Positions 26,543-39,150 of a DNA stretch of 64,000 bases are shown here, piece after piece. The position numbers were made by a program, and so were the translations under genes. The notes under the pieces were generated by a model. It searched no databases. It was not told the origin of the DNA and saw nothing but the letters and a program-made list of their open reading frames with translations. Source of the stretch: Octopus sinensis (Eukaryota); assembly GCF_006345805.1 (NCBI RefSeq), contig NC_043005.1, forward strand, positions 2,542,001-2,606,000, in the 5' to 3' direction. The stretch's first letter is position 1, and every line of letters begins with the position of its first letter.

Positions 26543-29500
26543 CTAACGCTGGAGATGTACTACAGTGTCAGCTGTTCGCTACCAGTGAACTAAGGTAACA
26601 CCTCTTATTTTGCGAGCACCTTCCGGAGTATTCGAGCGGTTCCAAGCAGTGCTGTTTTCTGCAAGTGTTCCACCCTTATTGCAGTCCCTATTTGTTCCAC
26701 GTACTTCTCGAGATTTTTGCTCACTGTACCCAAGGCTCCAACAATTATTGGTACTACTGCTACCTTTCTCATCGACCACAACTGCTTAACTTCCCAAGCT
26801 AACCTGTCATATCTCTCGACTTTTCTTTCTTCCTTATCGCATACCTTGTTGTCAGCTGGGCATGCTATATCTATGATAGTTTGTTTTCTTTCTTAATTAA
26901 GACTATGTCCGGCCTCCTATTCTCTATCTCATGGTCGCACTGAATCATAAAATCCCATAGGATCTCTACATTTCTATTTTCTAGGATGCCTTCAGGTTAG
27001 TGGTCGTACGAATTTTTTGCTCTTTCAAGTCCATACTTGTTGCAGAGTGTCCAATGGACAAGCCTGGCTATATTGTCGTGGTGTCTCTTATATTCCTTCT
27101 GGGTTTGTGGCGTACATTGGCTGCTAATATGCCATACGGTTTCACTGTTTTGGCCACAGATTCTACACTTATCACTTTCTGCTGTGTTGTCTATTCTGTA
27201 TTTGATGTAATTTGTTCTTAGTGCTTGCTTTGGGGCAGCACAGATTAGAGCCTCCATTTCCGGTTTTAAATCCATTTTAGTCATCCACAACCATCTTTTT
27301 TCTCTATCTGTCTTATCTTCAACATGCCTATGAAATTGACCATGCATTCTTTTCTTTACCCACCTATTTTCAGTTCCATTCGTTTTCAATTTCTTGTATA
27401 GTACTTTATCTTTGCTATCTTTCATCCTACCCAAGCCTGACCTTCCTACTTCTAATAATAGCGGTTCTGTGGCATTTTTTAAATACCATGCTATGTTGTC
27501 TTCTTCTGCTCTAATGCTGTGTTCGCATCCAATAAGTCCTCTTCCCCCTCTTTTTCTTGGTACATATAGTCTGTCTGTGTCACTTTTTGGGTGGAGTGAC
27601 CCATATCTAGTTAGCAACTTCCTTGTATTTCTGTCTAAGCTGTTTAGTTCGTCTACTGTCCATGCGATTATACCTGCTCCATATCTAAGGAGTGAAACCG
27701 CCCAGGTGCTATTAGCTTCGATCTTATTCCATCCGTTTAATTTCGACTTAAGGATCAATCTCAGTCTGCGTAAGAACACCTCCTTAAATTTTCTGTCATT
27801 TCTTTCTCCATTAATTTATCCATTTTCAAAACCCCCAAGTACTTCTAAGCCGATCACTTCTATTTGCTTCATAACCTCCATCGACGGTATCGATAGCCCG
27901 TCCATACATTTGATTTTACCTCTCTTCAAGACTAATATACCACACTTTCTCAGTCCAAACTCCATTCTGATATCAGCACTGAAGGTATACACCGTATCAA
28001 CGAGGGAACTGACTTGGGCTTCATCTTTACCATAAAGTCTGAGGTCATCCATGAATAACAAATGGTTGACTTTTTCTTGGCGGCTTTTGAATACGTACCC
28101 ACCCTTTGCTTTCCTCAGAATCAGTGTTAGTGGTATCAAGCACAGTACAAAGATCAGTGTGGACATGCAGTCCCCTTGGAAGATGCCCCTCCTGATTTCT
28201 ACTGTCCCTAAACTTCTTCCGTATGCTGTCAGGTCCGTCCTCCAATTCGCCATACTTTTTCCAAGCAATCGCTCAACATTCGATGCAATACCAAATAGGT
28301 TCATACACTCTATAATCCATGAATGTGGGATCATATCGTACACCTTACGATAGCCGATCCATGACATGGCTAAGTTAATTTTCCTCCTCTTGCGGTCTCT
28401 AAGTACAGTTTTGTCTACCAGGAGATGATCCTTGGTACCTCTGCACTTACGCTTGCAACCCTTCTGCTCATGTGATGACATCTCTATTTTTTGCCAGATG
28501 TCCGTACATTGACTCTGCGACTATTCCAACCAACAATTTCCACGTAAGTGGCAAACAGGATATCAGCCTGTAATTGTTTACCGTATTGTCTTTCCCGATG
28601 TTTTTCAGGCACAGCACAGTCCTACCCAATGTCCCACCCTCTCTGGTGTTGCTTGGTCGGCATTTAACAAGGTGTTGAGTTGCGCAGTTATTCATGTATG
28701 ACATTCACCAAATCTTTTGATCCAGTAGCCTTGAACGTATTTTGGTCCCGGGGGCCTTCCAGTTGCTCTAGTCCAGTTGAAATGACTAGTTCTGTCTGTT
28801 TTAGACAGTTTTGGAACAGTTTTGAAACTGTTTGTTTCAGTTCTTGCAACCATTCAGCATCCTTCTTGTGCTCCTTGTCTTTGCTCCAGATGTCATTCCA
28901 AAACCTTTGACTTTCAATGTTATCTAGCATCAACTTTTCATCTGTACATCCTCCATTTATTTCTTTATAGGATCTCTTCTGATCTACTCTGAACAACCTA
29001 TTCTGGTGGTAACCCTTCATACTTTTGTCGTATTTTACCATCTTTGCTTTCTTTGCAACGAGGCGCTGTTTCAGTTCCTTCACTACTACTTTCAGGCCCT
29101 TTCTTTCAATATTATACTTCCTTTTCAGCGCCCTGTATTTTTGTTCGCTTTTAAGTTCCCCCTTCTCTTTTCGGTCTGACACAGAAATTTCCTTCATGAA
29201 CATATCTAACCCCACTCATGTTCTTCTTTTCCACCATAGATCTTTTCTTTTGTCACTCCCATTATGCTTCTTTTTCTTGACATCGACACCACATTTTCTG
29301 CTACAACAATACTTGCTGCTTTGATCAAATTATTTGTTTCTGTGATGTTGTTTGTTCTGATGTATTTCAGAATTTCATTGATATTTTTCGTTTCTTGGTT
29401 CAATTTCCATCGATCAACCTGTTTAAGGTTGTAAATAGTGTCGCTATATCATTCTTCTGTAGTCTTACCTTTATTCTGTCGTAGATTTGTTCATCTGTAA

Positions 29501-30030
29501 TGTCACCATTAGTTTTATTGTCTTCTTTTAGATCATCAATATGTCTCTCATCAAGTAAACTACCGCTGCTCCTTTCCTCTGCTATGGGATTACTCTTATT
29601 AGTAAGAACTGTATTTTCATTGTTATCTCTGCTGCTATTTTCCATGACCAGCCTTTTGATTGCTTCGAGCTCTACTTCTGTGAACCAACAATTTTTCCTA
29701 TTGCTCTAGCTCGATCACATAGTCTCTGTTCCGTGAGTTGAAACAATCCCTTTTTTTTTTCCAATGATCATGCATACGTTGTCGGTAACCCCTAATTTGA
29801 GCGCCATTTTCATCTAATCGGTTGCTCAGGTTGCTCATATTAATGACCACAGCATTAATTTGTCTGCTCCATCAACGCCGTGTGTGGTGGTCCCTTTCTG
29901 GATGTCGACAGGCTGGAGCCGGACCAGAATCTCTGAGCCTACCGGGTGTAACACTGTCACCATCATTGGCTTCAGTTTCGTTACCACCGTTATTCACAAT
30001 ATTTTGTTTTTTCATTGTCACTCATATGAG
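26543..30030 (-). mobile_element. R4/Dong family B, near full-length but decayed
   Basis: N-terminal GYRQRM..W..TEQRL motif, FWNDIWS, RT ([14 protein letters not shown]), GGRGLI, CRIC..ETVWH, RLE PDIV, family B 3' UTR. Confidence 0.92.
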
Positions 30031-30164
30031 GTAGCGATTGGTGGTGGTGGTGGTGGTGGTGGTGGTGGTGGTGGTGGTGGTAGGTTGGGGAACAATTGAA
30101 ATGAATAGGTTTTCCATTTTTTATAAATACAGAACCGTATTTTCGAAATACATTTCATGTATTC

Positions 30165-31040
30165 ACACATACACACATACACATACATCCATCCATACAT
30201 ACATACATACATACATACATACACACACGCACCCATCCATAAATACATACATACATGCATACATACATACATACATACATACACACACACACATACATAC
30301 ATGCATACACCTATAAATACATACATACATGCACCCATACATACATACATACATGCACCCATACATACATACATACATGCACCCATACATACATACATAC
30401 ATACACCTATACATACATACATACATGCACCCATACATACATACATACATACATACATACATACATACATGCATACATACATACATACACACATACATAC
30501 ACACATACATACATACATACATGCACCCATACATACATACATACATGCATACATACATACACCTATACATACATACATACATACATACATGCACCCATAC
30601 ATACATACATGCACCTATACATACATACATACATACATACATGCACCCATACATACATACATACATACATAGATACATGCACCCATACATAAATACATAC
30701 ATACATACACACATACATACATACATGCACCCATACATACATACATACATACATACACCTATACATACATACATGCACCCATACATACATACATACATGC
30801 ACCCATACATACATACATACATGCATACATACATACATACACGCATACATACATACATGCACCTATACATACATACATGCATACATACATACATACATTC
30901 ATACATACACACATACATACATACATACAAACATACATACATACATACATATATACCCCTATACATGCATACATACATACATGCACCCATACATACATAC
31001 ACACACACACATTCATACATACATATATACATACACGCAT
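30165..31040. repeat. (CATA)n array with recurrent CATGCACC interruptions
   Basis: Direct reading. Confidence 0.95.
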
Positions 31041-32900
31041 ACATTATATAATTTCCCTCTCTCATACAAAACCCTATTGATTTGTTGTTTTGGCCTATTT
31101 TCCTTAAATTGTTGCTTTTGGTTATCGGATATTGTTGTTGTTGTTGTTATATTTCGGGGTGCGAAGAATCACATCGTATCGCTGTTGGTGTGGGTGTTGG
31201 ATGTCTTCTTGCGGCAGCAATTGGCGAGTTCACGAAGGTAAGAAAAAAAAAATGTTCAAACACTGACGTCAAGACGAACCGATACGATCTTCCATCAAGC
31301 CTTCCTCTTTTCCTTTCCTATTCTCATATATTTATATATTTTATCGTCAAATATTAAAGGAGGGCGGTTTAAAGATTTTTGACACGTTTGCTTCATGTTT
31401 ACAGCGAATCTAGAATGTAAGTTCTACTTTCCAAAAGATAGATGTTCAATTTATTGGAGAATATTGTATATGGCCGTGTGTGAGGTGTGTGTGTGCGCAG
31501 ATATTGAGTGTTTACGCAGACGCGGTCTGATTGGATCCAAATGTGCATACATAAGAATAACAGTCGCCCTTCGACGCACAGACACACTCAGCAACAGGCG
31601 CACAGCAATGGCGCTTTACATAATTATAAAATCTTACACATGCATATCAATATCCAGATCTATTAGTCTATATTTATCTATCTACGTTTTGTGCCCGCGC
31701 TCACACACAACACTTTTATACAGAAGATAAACATTCATACATACGTATGTACATACATACATACATATACATACATACATGCACCCATACATACATACAT
31801 ACATACATACTACATACATGCACCCATACATAAATACATACATACATACACACATACATACATACATGCACCCATACATACATACATACATACATACACC
31901 TATACATACATACATGCACCCATACATACATACATACATGCACCCATACATACATACATACATGCATACATACATACATACACGCATACATACATACATG
32001 CACCTATACATACATACATGCATACTACATACATACATTCATACATACACACATACATACATACATACAACATACATACATACATACATATATACCCCTA
32101 TACATGCATACATACATACATGCACCCATACATACATACCACACACACACATTCATACATACATATACATACACGCATACATTATATAATTTCCCTCTCT
32201 CATACAAAACCCTATTGATTTGTTGTTTTGGCCTATTTTCCTTAAATTGTTGCTTTTGGTTATCGGATATTGTTGTTGTTGTTGTTATATTTCGGGGTGC
32301 GAAGAATCACATCGTATCGCTGTTGGTGTGGGTGTTGGATGTCTTCTTGCGGCAGCAATTGGCGAGTTCACGAAGGTAAGAAAAAAAAAATGTTCAAACA
32401 CTGACGTCAAGACGAACCGATACGATCTTCCATCAAGCCTTCCTCTTTTCCTTTCCTATTCTCATATATTTATATATTTTATCGTCAAATATTAAAGGAG
32501 GGCGGTTTAAAGATTTTTGACACGTTTGCTTCATGTTTACAGCGAATCTAGAATGTAAGTTCTACTTTCCAAAAGATAGATGTTCAATTTATTGGAGAAT
32601 ATTGTATATGGCCGTGTGTGAGGTGTGTGTGTGTGTGCGCAGATATTGAGTGTTTACGCAGACGCGGTCTGATTGGATCCAAATGTGCATACATAAGAAT
32701 AACAGTCGCCCTTCGACGCACAGACACACTCAGCAACAGGCGCACAGCAATGGCGCTTTACATAATTATAAAATCTTACACATGCATATCAATATCCAGA
32801 TCTATTAGTCTATATTTATCTATCTACGTTTTGTGCCCGCGCTCACACACAACACTTTTATACAGAAGATAAACATTCATACATACGTATGTACATACAT
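30640..32900. repeat. Tandem duplication, unit ~1.14 kb
   Basis: 31040-31750 is repeated at 32178-32892 almost identically, together with part of the (CATA)n array. Confidence 0.95.
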
Positions 32901-33334
32901 ACATACATATATACATACATACATACACAAACACAGACATACACATGTACATACATACATACATACATTCATACATACATACATGCACCTATACATATAT
33001 ACATATATTTATATATACATATATACATATAAGCATAGAAACCATAGAGAAGAGACGTAATGAAATTTTATTTACTTGATCGAAGTTATGCCTTTATTCC
33101 ATCCCCCTTTCAAGCGTTATATAGATAGATAAAAAAAAAGAGAGAGAGAGAGAGAAATAAAGAGACAGACAAACAGACAGACAGAGCGGGGGTGGGCACT
33201 AGCGCTAACCCGCTATCTGAAAAATAGCATATTAGCAGTCACTTAGAGTCTAACAGATAGAGATTATTTACTCTCTCTTTCTCTTTCTTTCCCTCCCTCT
33301 CCTTCTATCTCTCTCACGCTATTTATTTCCCTCC

Positions 33335-33375
<41 letters not shown>

Positions 33376-33514
33376 GTCATTTGTACTTTCCAAAGTACAA
33401 GTAAGACGCTCTAATACTGCATGGCCTCAATGTTGTAACACACCAACTCAGACCGTAAAGAGACAGAAATTGTGCCGTAAAGCAGTATTAGCAAGCTGCT
33501 GAGTCTCTTTCGGC

Positions 33515-33738
33515 GGGCCGCATTGCTCACGTACATGCTGCTATGGGGGCTGCACAGCTCACATGCTTGCTGTTATGGGGGCCGCATTGCTCACATACAT
33601 GCTGCTATAGGGGCCGCATTGCTCACATACATGCTGCCATGCGGGCCGCATTGCTCACATACTTGCTGCTTTGGAGGCCGCACTGCTCACATACATGCTG
33701 CCAAGGGGGCCGCGCTGTCTATATACATGCTGCTATGG
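33515..33738. repeat. 32-bp minisatellite, ~7 copies
   Basis: Unit GGGCCGCATTGCTCACATACATGCTGCTATGG with variants. Confidence 0.9.
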
Positions 33739-34228
33739 AGACCCGTAAAATACCTGCCAAAAGGTCGCACCATCAACGCTGAATACTGCATGTCGCTGTT
33801 GGATGAACTGCGCCAAGGTTTGAAGCAGAAACACTGTGGGAAGCTGAGGGGTGGTGTCCTGTTTTTGCAGGGCAATGCACCAGCACACACAACACCTGAA
33901 ACTCTACGGAAAACACACAACTTTGGCTTCGAATTGGTAAACCTTACTCTCCTTACTCTCCTGACTTGGCCCCCTCCCACTATCCTCTCTTTCCACAGTT
34001 GAAGAAACATCTCAGGGGAACGAAATTTCACTCCGATTCGGAAGTGATCGCTGCTACAGGGGCCTTGTTGAAGGCCCAACCTTCCGAATTCTTTTTACAG
34101 GGTTTAGGAAAACTAAGGGCCGTGTAAGTCTGAGAGGGGAATATGCTGAATAAACTCACAATCAACGGGTCCTCCTCCTCTATTTCCTTCTTTTACCCAA
34201 AGCCAGCATCTTTTCAACGTCCCCCCGC
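33739..34228 (+). mobile_element. Mariner transposase 3' half plus right TIR, decayed
   Basis: YLPKGRTINAEY, VLFLQGNAPAH, PYSPDLAP, FPQLKKHLRG, RGEYAE*. TIR-like AAAGCCAGCATCTTTTCAACGTCCCCC. Confidence 0.85.
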
Positions 34229-34314
34229 CCCCACCACCACCACCCCCACCACCACCTCGTATGTTACAAGAGCACCAGGTTGGGAAATCATATTAACAAT
34301 TTTAATGTTGTCTT

Positions 34315-34530
<216 letters not shown>

Positions 34531-35074
34531 TTTCTTTGTAATTGTAACTCGAAAGTAACTAAATTTTATATTTTATAATTTAAAATTGTAATTCAAGATA
34601 ATTGATATTTAGCATTTCCGATTAATGTGGTGAAACTATAACATGCGCACACACACACACACACACAACACTCACACACCACACACACACACACCTACAT
34701 TCATACTCACACACCTTCACGCAGATTCATAGACATCGTTAAATTAAAACGTAAAGATGGCTTTCCGTCGCTTTCGACGATGTCTACTCTGTTTGTTGGG
34801 GGCTCGATTCTGTTTGTTCGATCGATTGAATGTCCTACTCATTACGATATAGCGTTAGTGGCTGAATATTCCACAGAGATTTTTCCCTTCGGATCAAGTT
34901 TGCATAGAAGAGATTTTGCAAGCCTGAATATCCAATATAATTACAAAAGACAAATAAAGTTCGGTATTTCACCAGAAATGATATCTTTTACGGATTTACT
35001 CGGTTCAAAAATGAATATCTATCATTCACACACAAAATCGTCCAGGATTTTAATCTAATCTATTTTAATGTAAA

Positions 35075-35495
35075 GGTGCAGGCGTGATTGTGTGGTAAGA
35101 AACTTGCTTCCCAACTACGTAGTTCCGAGTTCAGTCCCACAGCGTGGCACCTTGGGCAAGTGTTTCCTTCTACAGACTCGGGCAAACAACCTTGTGAGAG
35201 GATTTGTCATGTGGAAACTGAAAGAATCCCGTCGTATATATGTATGTATTTGTGTGTTGATGTGTGTGTGTGTGTGTGTATGTGTGTGTGTGTGTGTGTG
35301 ACTTTGTCTCTATATGTGTGTGTGATTTTGTGCTTCTGTTTGTCCCCTGCCCATTGCTTGACAACCGATCTTGTGACGTTTGAGTCCCCATAACTTGGCT
35401 GTTCTGCCAAAGAAGTAGACCGTCCATTCACCTAAAGACTTCTTGAAGGTGATGCTCCAGCATGGCTGCAGTCTGATGACTGACACAAGTAAAAT
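35075..35495 (+). mobile_element. tRNA-derived SINE (family S3) with internal (GT)n
   Basis: GTGTGGTAAG head, GTTCAGTCCC B box-like motif, GGCACCTTGGGCAAGTG core, 3' CCAGCATGG..CAGTC..GACTG stem-loop. Confidence 0.8.
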
Positions 35496-35929
35496 TTTAA
35501 AAAGAGGATAAAACAAAATTGCTTCTGTTGCATAAGACGGATTTAGATTCAGCGCGCCGGTTGACTGCAACCCCATTGATTGTTCAATCGCTGAGTCCCT
35601 ATATCAGTAACGAAGGGTTTTTTTTTAAATCTTGGCCTGCGCTCGAAAAGCTTTACATGTTACTGACAAAACACAAGGACGAAGAAATGCTCACTTAGTA
35701 TTCTCCTCGCCGTTGATGGACGATTTCCCTCTGCTACCGAAATATTTTGTGTTTTCAAATATTGTAAGTTCATAAGATATATTATCTCTGCAGGAGTATC
35801 ACATTTAACTTTCCTTTTGTGATGTATTTGCTTTAAGTATGATACACAGGTGGCTATTTTAACCTAACACTGCTAAGGCTGCACACTGAGAATATATATA
35901 TACATATATACTCTCACACACACACACAC

Positions 35930-35971
<42 letters not shown>

Positions 35972-36463
35972 TTGGGTCATTCAGTAATGAGGAAAAACCA
36001 GCTGCGAATAGTCCATGTATTGTGTCTTTGCCTAAATTTCCCGTCCGTTAAAATTTTGTCTAGTTTTCCGTTTGCTCTACTTTCGTTTAACTTTTTCTCC
36101 TTGTGTTCTTTCTGTTCAACCCTTCATACATACACACAGACAATACACACACATAAAAACATACATACATGTTTGTGCGTGCGTGTGTGTGTAAATCAAA
36201 AGTCGGTTTATGGAATGTTTGATTACGTAATGTTACGCGTGTTTCAGTGCAGACAATCGTCGATTTACGCAATTCAGCTCAGGCAGGTTTCCTACTCTTT
36301 GTCAGAGACTTGTTCTATGAATACTGCTTCGCTTTTATAATTATGGAGACAAATGGAAGGAAACGTTGTCTATAACACATCATTCTTTTCTTTCGACTTA
36401 TAAGGAACTACACACAGTGCAAAATACCAGCTATATTTTATGCAATTTAAATTAAAATCACAC

Positions 36464-36499
<36 letters not shown>

Positions 36500-37114
36500 A
36501 CAGATGTTTGCAATGTATGTACACGCATGTCTGAATCAATTGATATTTCCAGGTGACAATAGCAATGGAAAGAAAACAAAACACCTCTTTTATTTCTTTT
36601 GTTTTTAAGTGATAAAATAAGTTTTAATTTGAATTAAATGATCCAAACAAAATCAATAATTTCATTTTTCGATAAAAACATTGTTGTCACAGTAAATATT
36701 GTTATTTACCATGTTCTGTATTCTCATGTCGTTTTTTTGCAGTGAATATTTAGATTTTAAAAGAAACACACCTTCAATATGCATTTATTTATTTCTCTAT
36801 TTTAAACTTTCCATTTCAAATATCGATCTATCGTTTTAGACTAAAACAAAAGAAAGTTAGAAACATTTGGTGGTGTGTGGCAGAGTAGACATGAAAAATG
36901 CTCAAAACAGTCAAATGCATGCGTAGAGAATCGCTAAAAGTCCTTGAAAGACGAAAATATTACTTTTAAAAAGAATCAAAACAACAATTCTATAAGGCTT
37001 TCGATGTCTTTATTCTGGCGGAGGCGGGTGTGTTGGTGCGATAATGCTTCACTGATAATGTGTCGGCATTGTGGAATATTGGTTCTCCCGGTTCTTTGGA
37101 AATGATTTCATAGA

Positions 37115-37500
37115 CAAAGACGTGGTTGTATGGTAAGTGTTTGGTCCTCAACCACATGGATCCGGGTTCAGTTCCATTGCTTGACATCTTGGGCTTCTAC
37201 TATAGCTTCAGATTGACCAAAATATTGTGAGGGAATTTAGTAGCCGGAAACTGAAAGAAGCCCATCATACATGTGTGGGAGTGAGTGAGTTAGTGTCTTT
37301 GTCTGTGTGTTTGACTCCCATCGCCTCATGACAATCGGCATTGGAGTGTTTACGTCCCTTAATTTAGCGGTTCGGCAAAAACGACTGACAGAATAAGTTC
37401 TAGGCTTTAGAAAATAAGATCTGTGGTTGATTTTTGATAGATTAGAATTCCTCAAGGCGGTGCCCCAGCACGGCCACAGTCCAATGGCTAAAACGAGTAT
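37115..37500 (+). mobile_element. tRNA-derived SINE (family S3), decayed
   Basis: Colinear similarity to 35075-35495. Confidence 0.75.
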
Positions 37501-38574
37501 CAGATAAAAGATCTCTTGCAATTGTTTAAGGCTGTAACTTAGCATAGTGGTTAGGATGTTGAGCAGAATACGATGTGGAATTCGTTCGGTTTTCTGAGTT
37601 CAAGTCTTCCCAAGGTCAACTTTTGTTTCTTTTCTTTTATTCTTTGAGAGTAGATAAAAGATCTACCAATCCAAGGCAGTGACATGAAGCAACTGTTCTC
37701 GCTAACTGCCCAACTTCCTTGCGTTCTAACAGCAACGCCTGCAACAACACTGCCACCTCACTCACCAACCTTCTCCTCCTGTCGTCTGCATATGAAGGCT
37801 CAAGTTGTCTTGCCTTCAGCATCGGTTGTAACCAGTTGTTCTTAATATAAAGAAAGTTAAACTCTGCTGTCTTTCTTTCTTTTTTCATTTGCCTCCTGCT
37901 AACTTTTCTCTGAAGAAGATTTTTATATAAATGTGTGTGTGTGTGCGTGTGTGTGTGTTTATAAATAAACTCACGGAGATTGATATCGCGCGGTTTCTGT
38001 GCTAGGGATGGCTCTTTTGAATATTTTTCTCTTTTTCTTTTTTCTTTTTTCTTCTTCTTATTTTTGCTGCCTTGGTCTTTCTTTTTCAATTCTTTGAAGA
38101 AGAATTTTATCCGAAATTTTAGGACCATCAACTTTTTTCCTTTCCTTCCAGCGTCAAGCTAATAACACTCTACGTTCGTTCTTGAAAGAAAAATAGGCCG
38201 TATGTGTAGGGAGAATTTATTGATACGATTTCGAATCTCAGGTAGGAGCAAGCGAGGTCTGTACAGAACTTATCAGTAACTTAAATTCCGGATATACGAA
38301 ATGTAACGTCAGGCAGTTGCTGGCGGAGACGATGAGGCGTCCAGGATTGTTGAGCTTGTGGATTTGGGGAAGGAAGTAAATAGTGGGGGTGCGTGGGGAG
38401 CGGTTTTAGTTCCAGCTAAATCACCTGTTACAGGTAAAAATTCAACAACGTCTTGTCTGATGTTAACAATCAGATAAAACCAGATTTAATAAATGAGCAA
38501 TATTTAGTGAGACAGGAAATATTAACTGGATGGAGAAAATAAATATATTAAGAGAGAGAACGGGCAGACAGAAA

Positions 38575-39110
38575 GAGAGGAAAAAAGAAAGGAAGAAAGA
38601 AAGAATGAAAGAAAGAAGGAAAGAATGAAAGAAAGAAAGAATGAAAGAAAGAAAGATAGAAAGAAATAACGAACGAAAGAAAGAACGAAAGAAAGAATGA
38701 GAGAAAGAAAGAAAGAATGAAAGAATGAAAGAAAGAACAAAAGAAAAAAGAAAGAAAGAAAGAAAGAAAGAAAGAATGAAAGACGGAAGAAAGAATCAAA
38801 GAAAGACAAAATGAGAGAACGAAAGAAAGAATGAAAGAAAGAAAGAAGAAAAGAAACAAACAAACAAACAAAGAGTGAAAGAAAGAAAGAACAAAAGTAA
38901 GAATGAAAGAACGAAAGAAAGAATGAAAGAAAGAAAGAAAGAAAGAGAGAATGAAAGGACGAAAGTAAGAATAAAAGAAAGAAAGAATATAGAAGAAAGA
39001 AAAGAAGAGAAAAGAATAAGCAAAGAATAATAAGAAAAGAACGAGAGAAAGAATGAATGATGGAAAGAAAGAAGAAAAGAACGAGAGAAAGAATGAAAGA
39101 ACGAAAGAAA

Positions 39111-39150
<40 letters not shown>

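Noticed and set aside
30018-32218. Many overlapping MYVC/HTYI ORFs
   Set aside because: Artefacts of the (CATA)n array.
33515-33738. CRISPR-like 32-bp repeats
   Set aside because: No spacers, contiguous tandem units, eukaryotic context, no cas genes.
37637-37870. Possible 75-nt minus-strand exon ending TTG|GTGAGT
   Set aside because: Donor and acceptor are plausible, but the peptide is unrecognisable; chance occurrence is likely.
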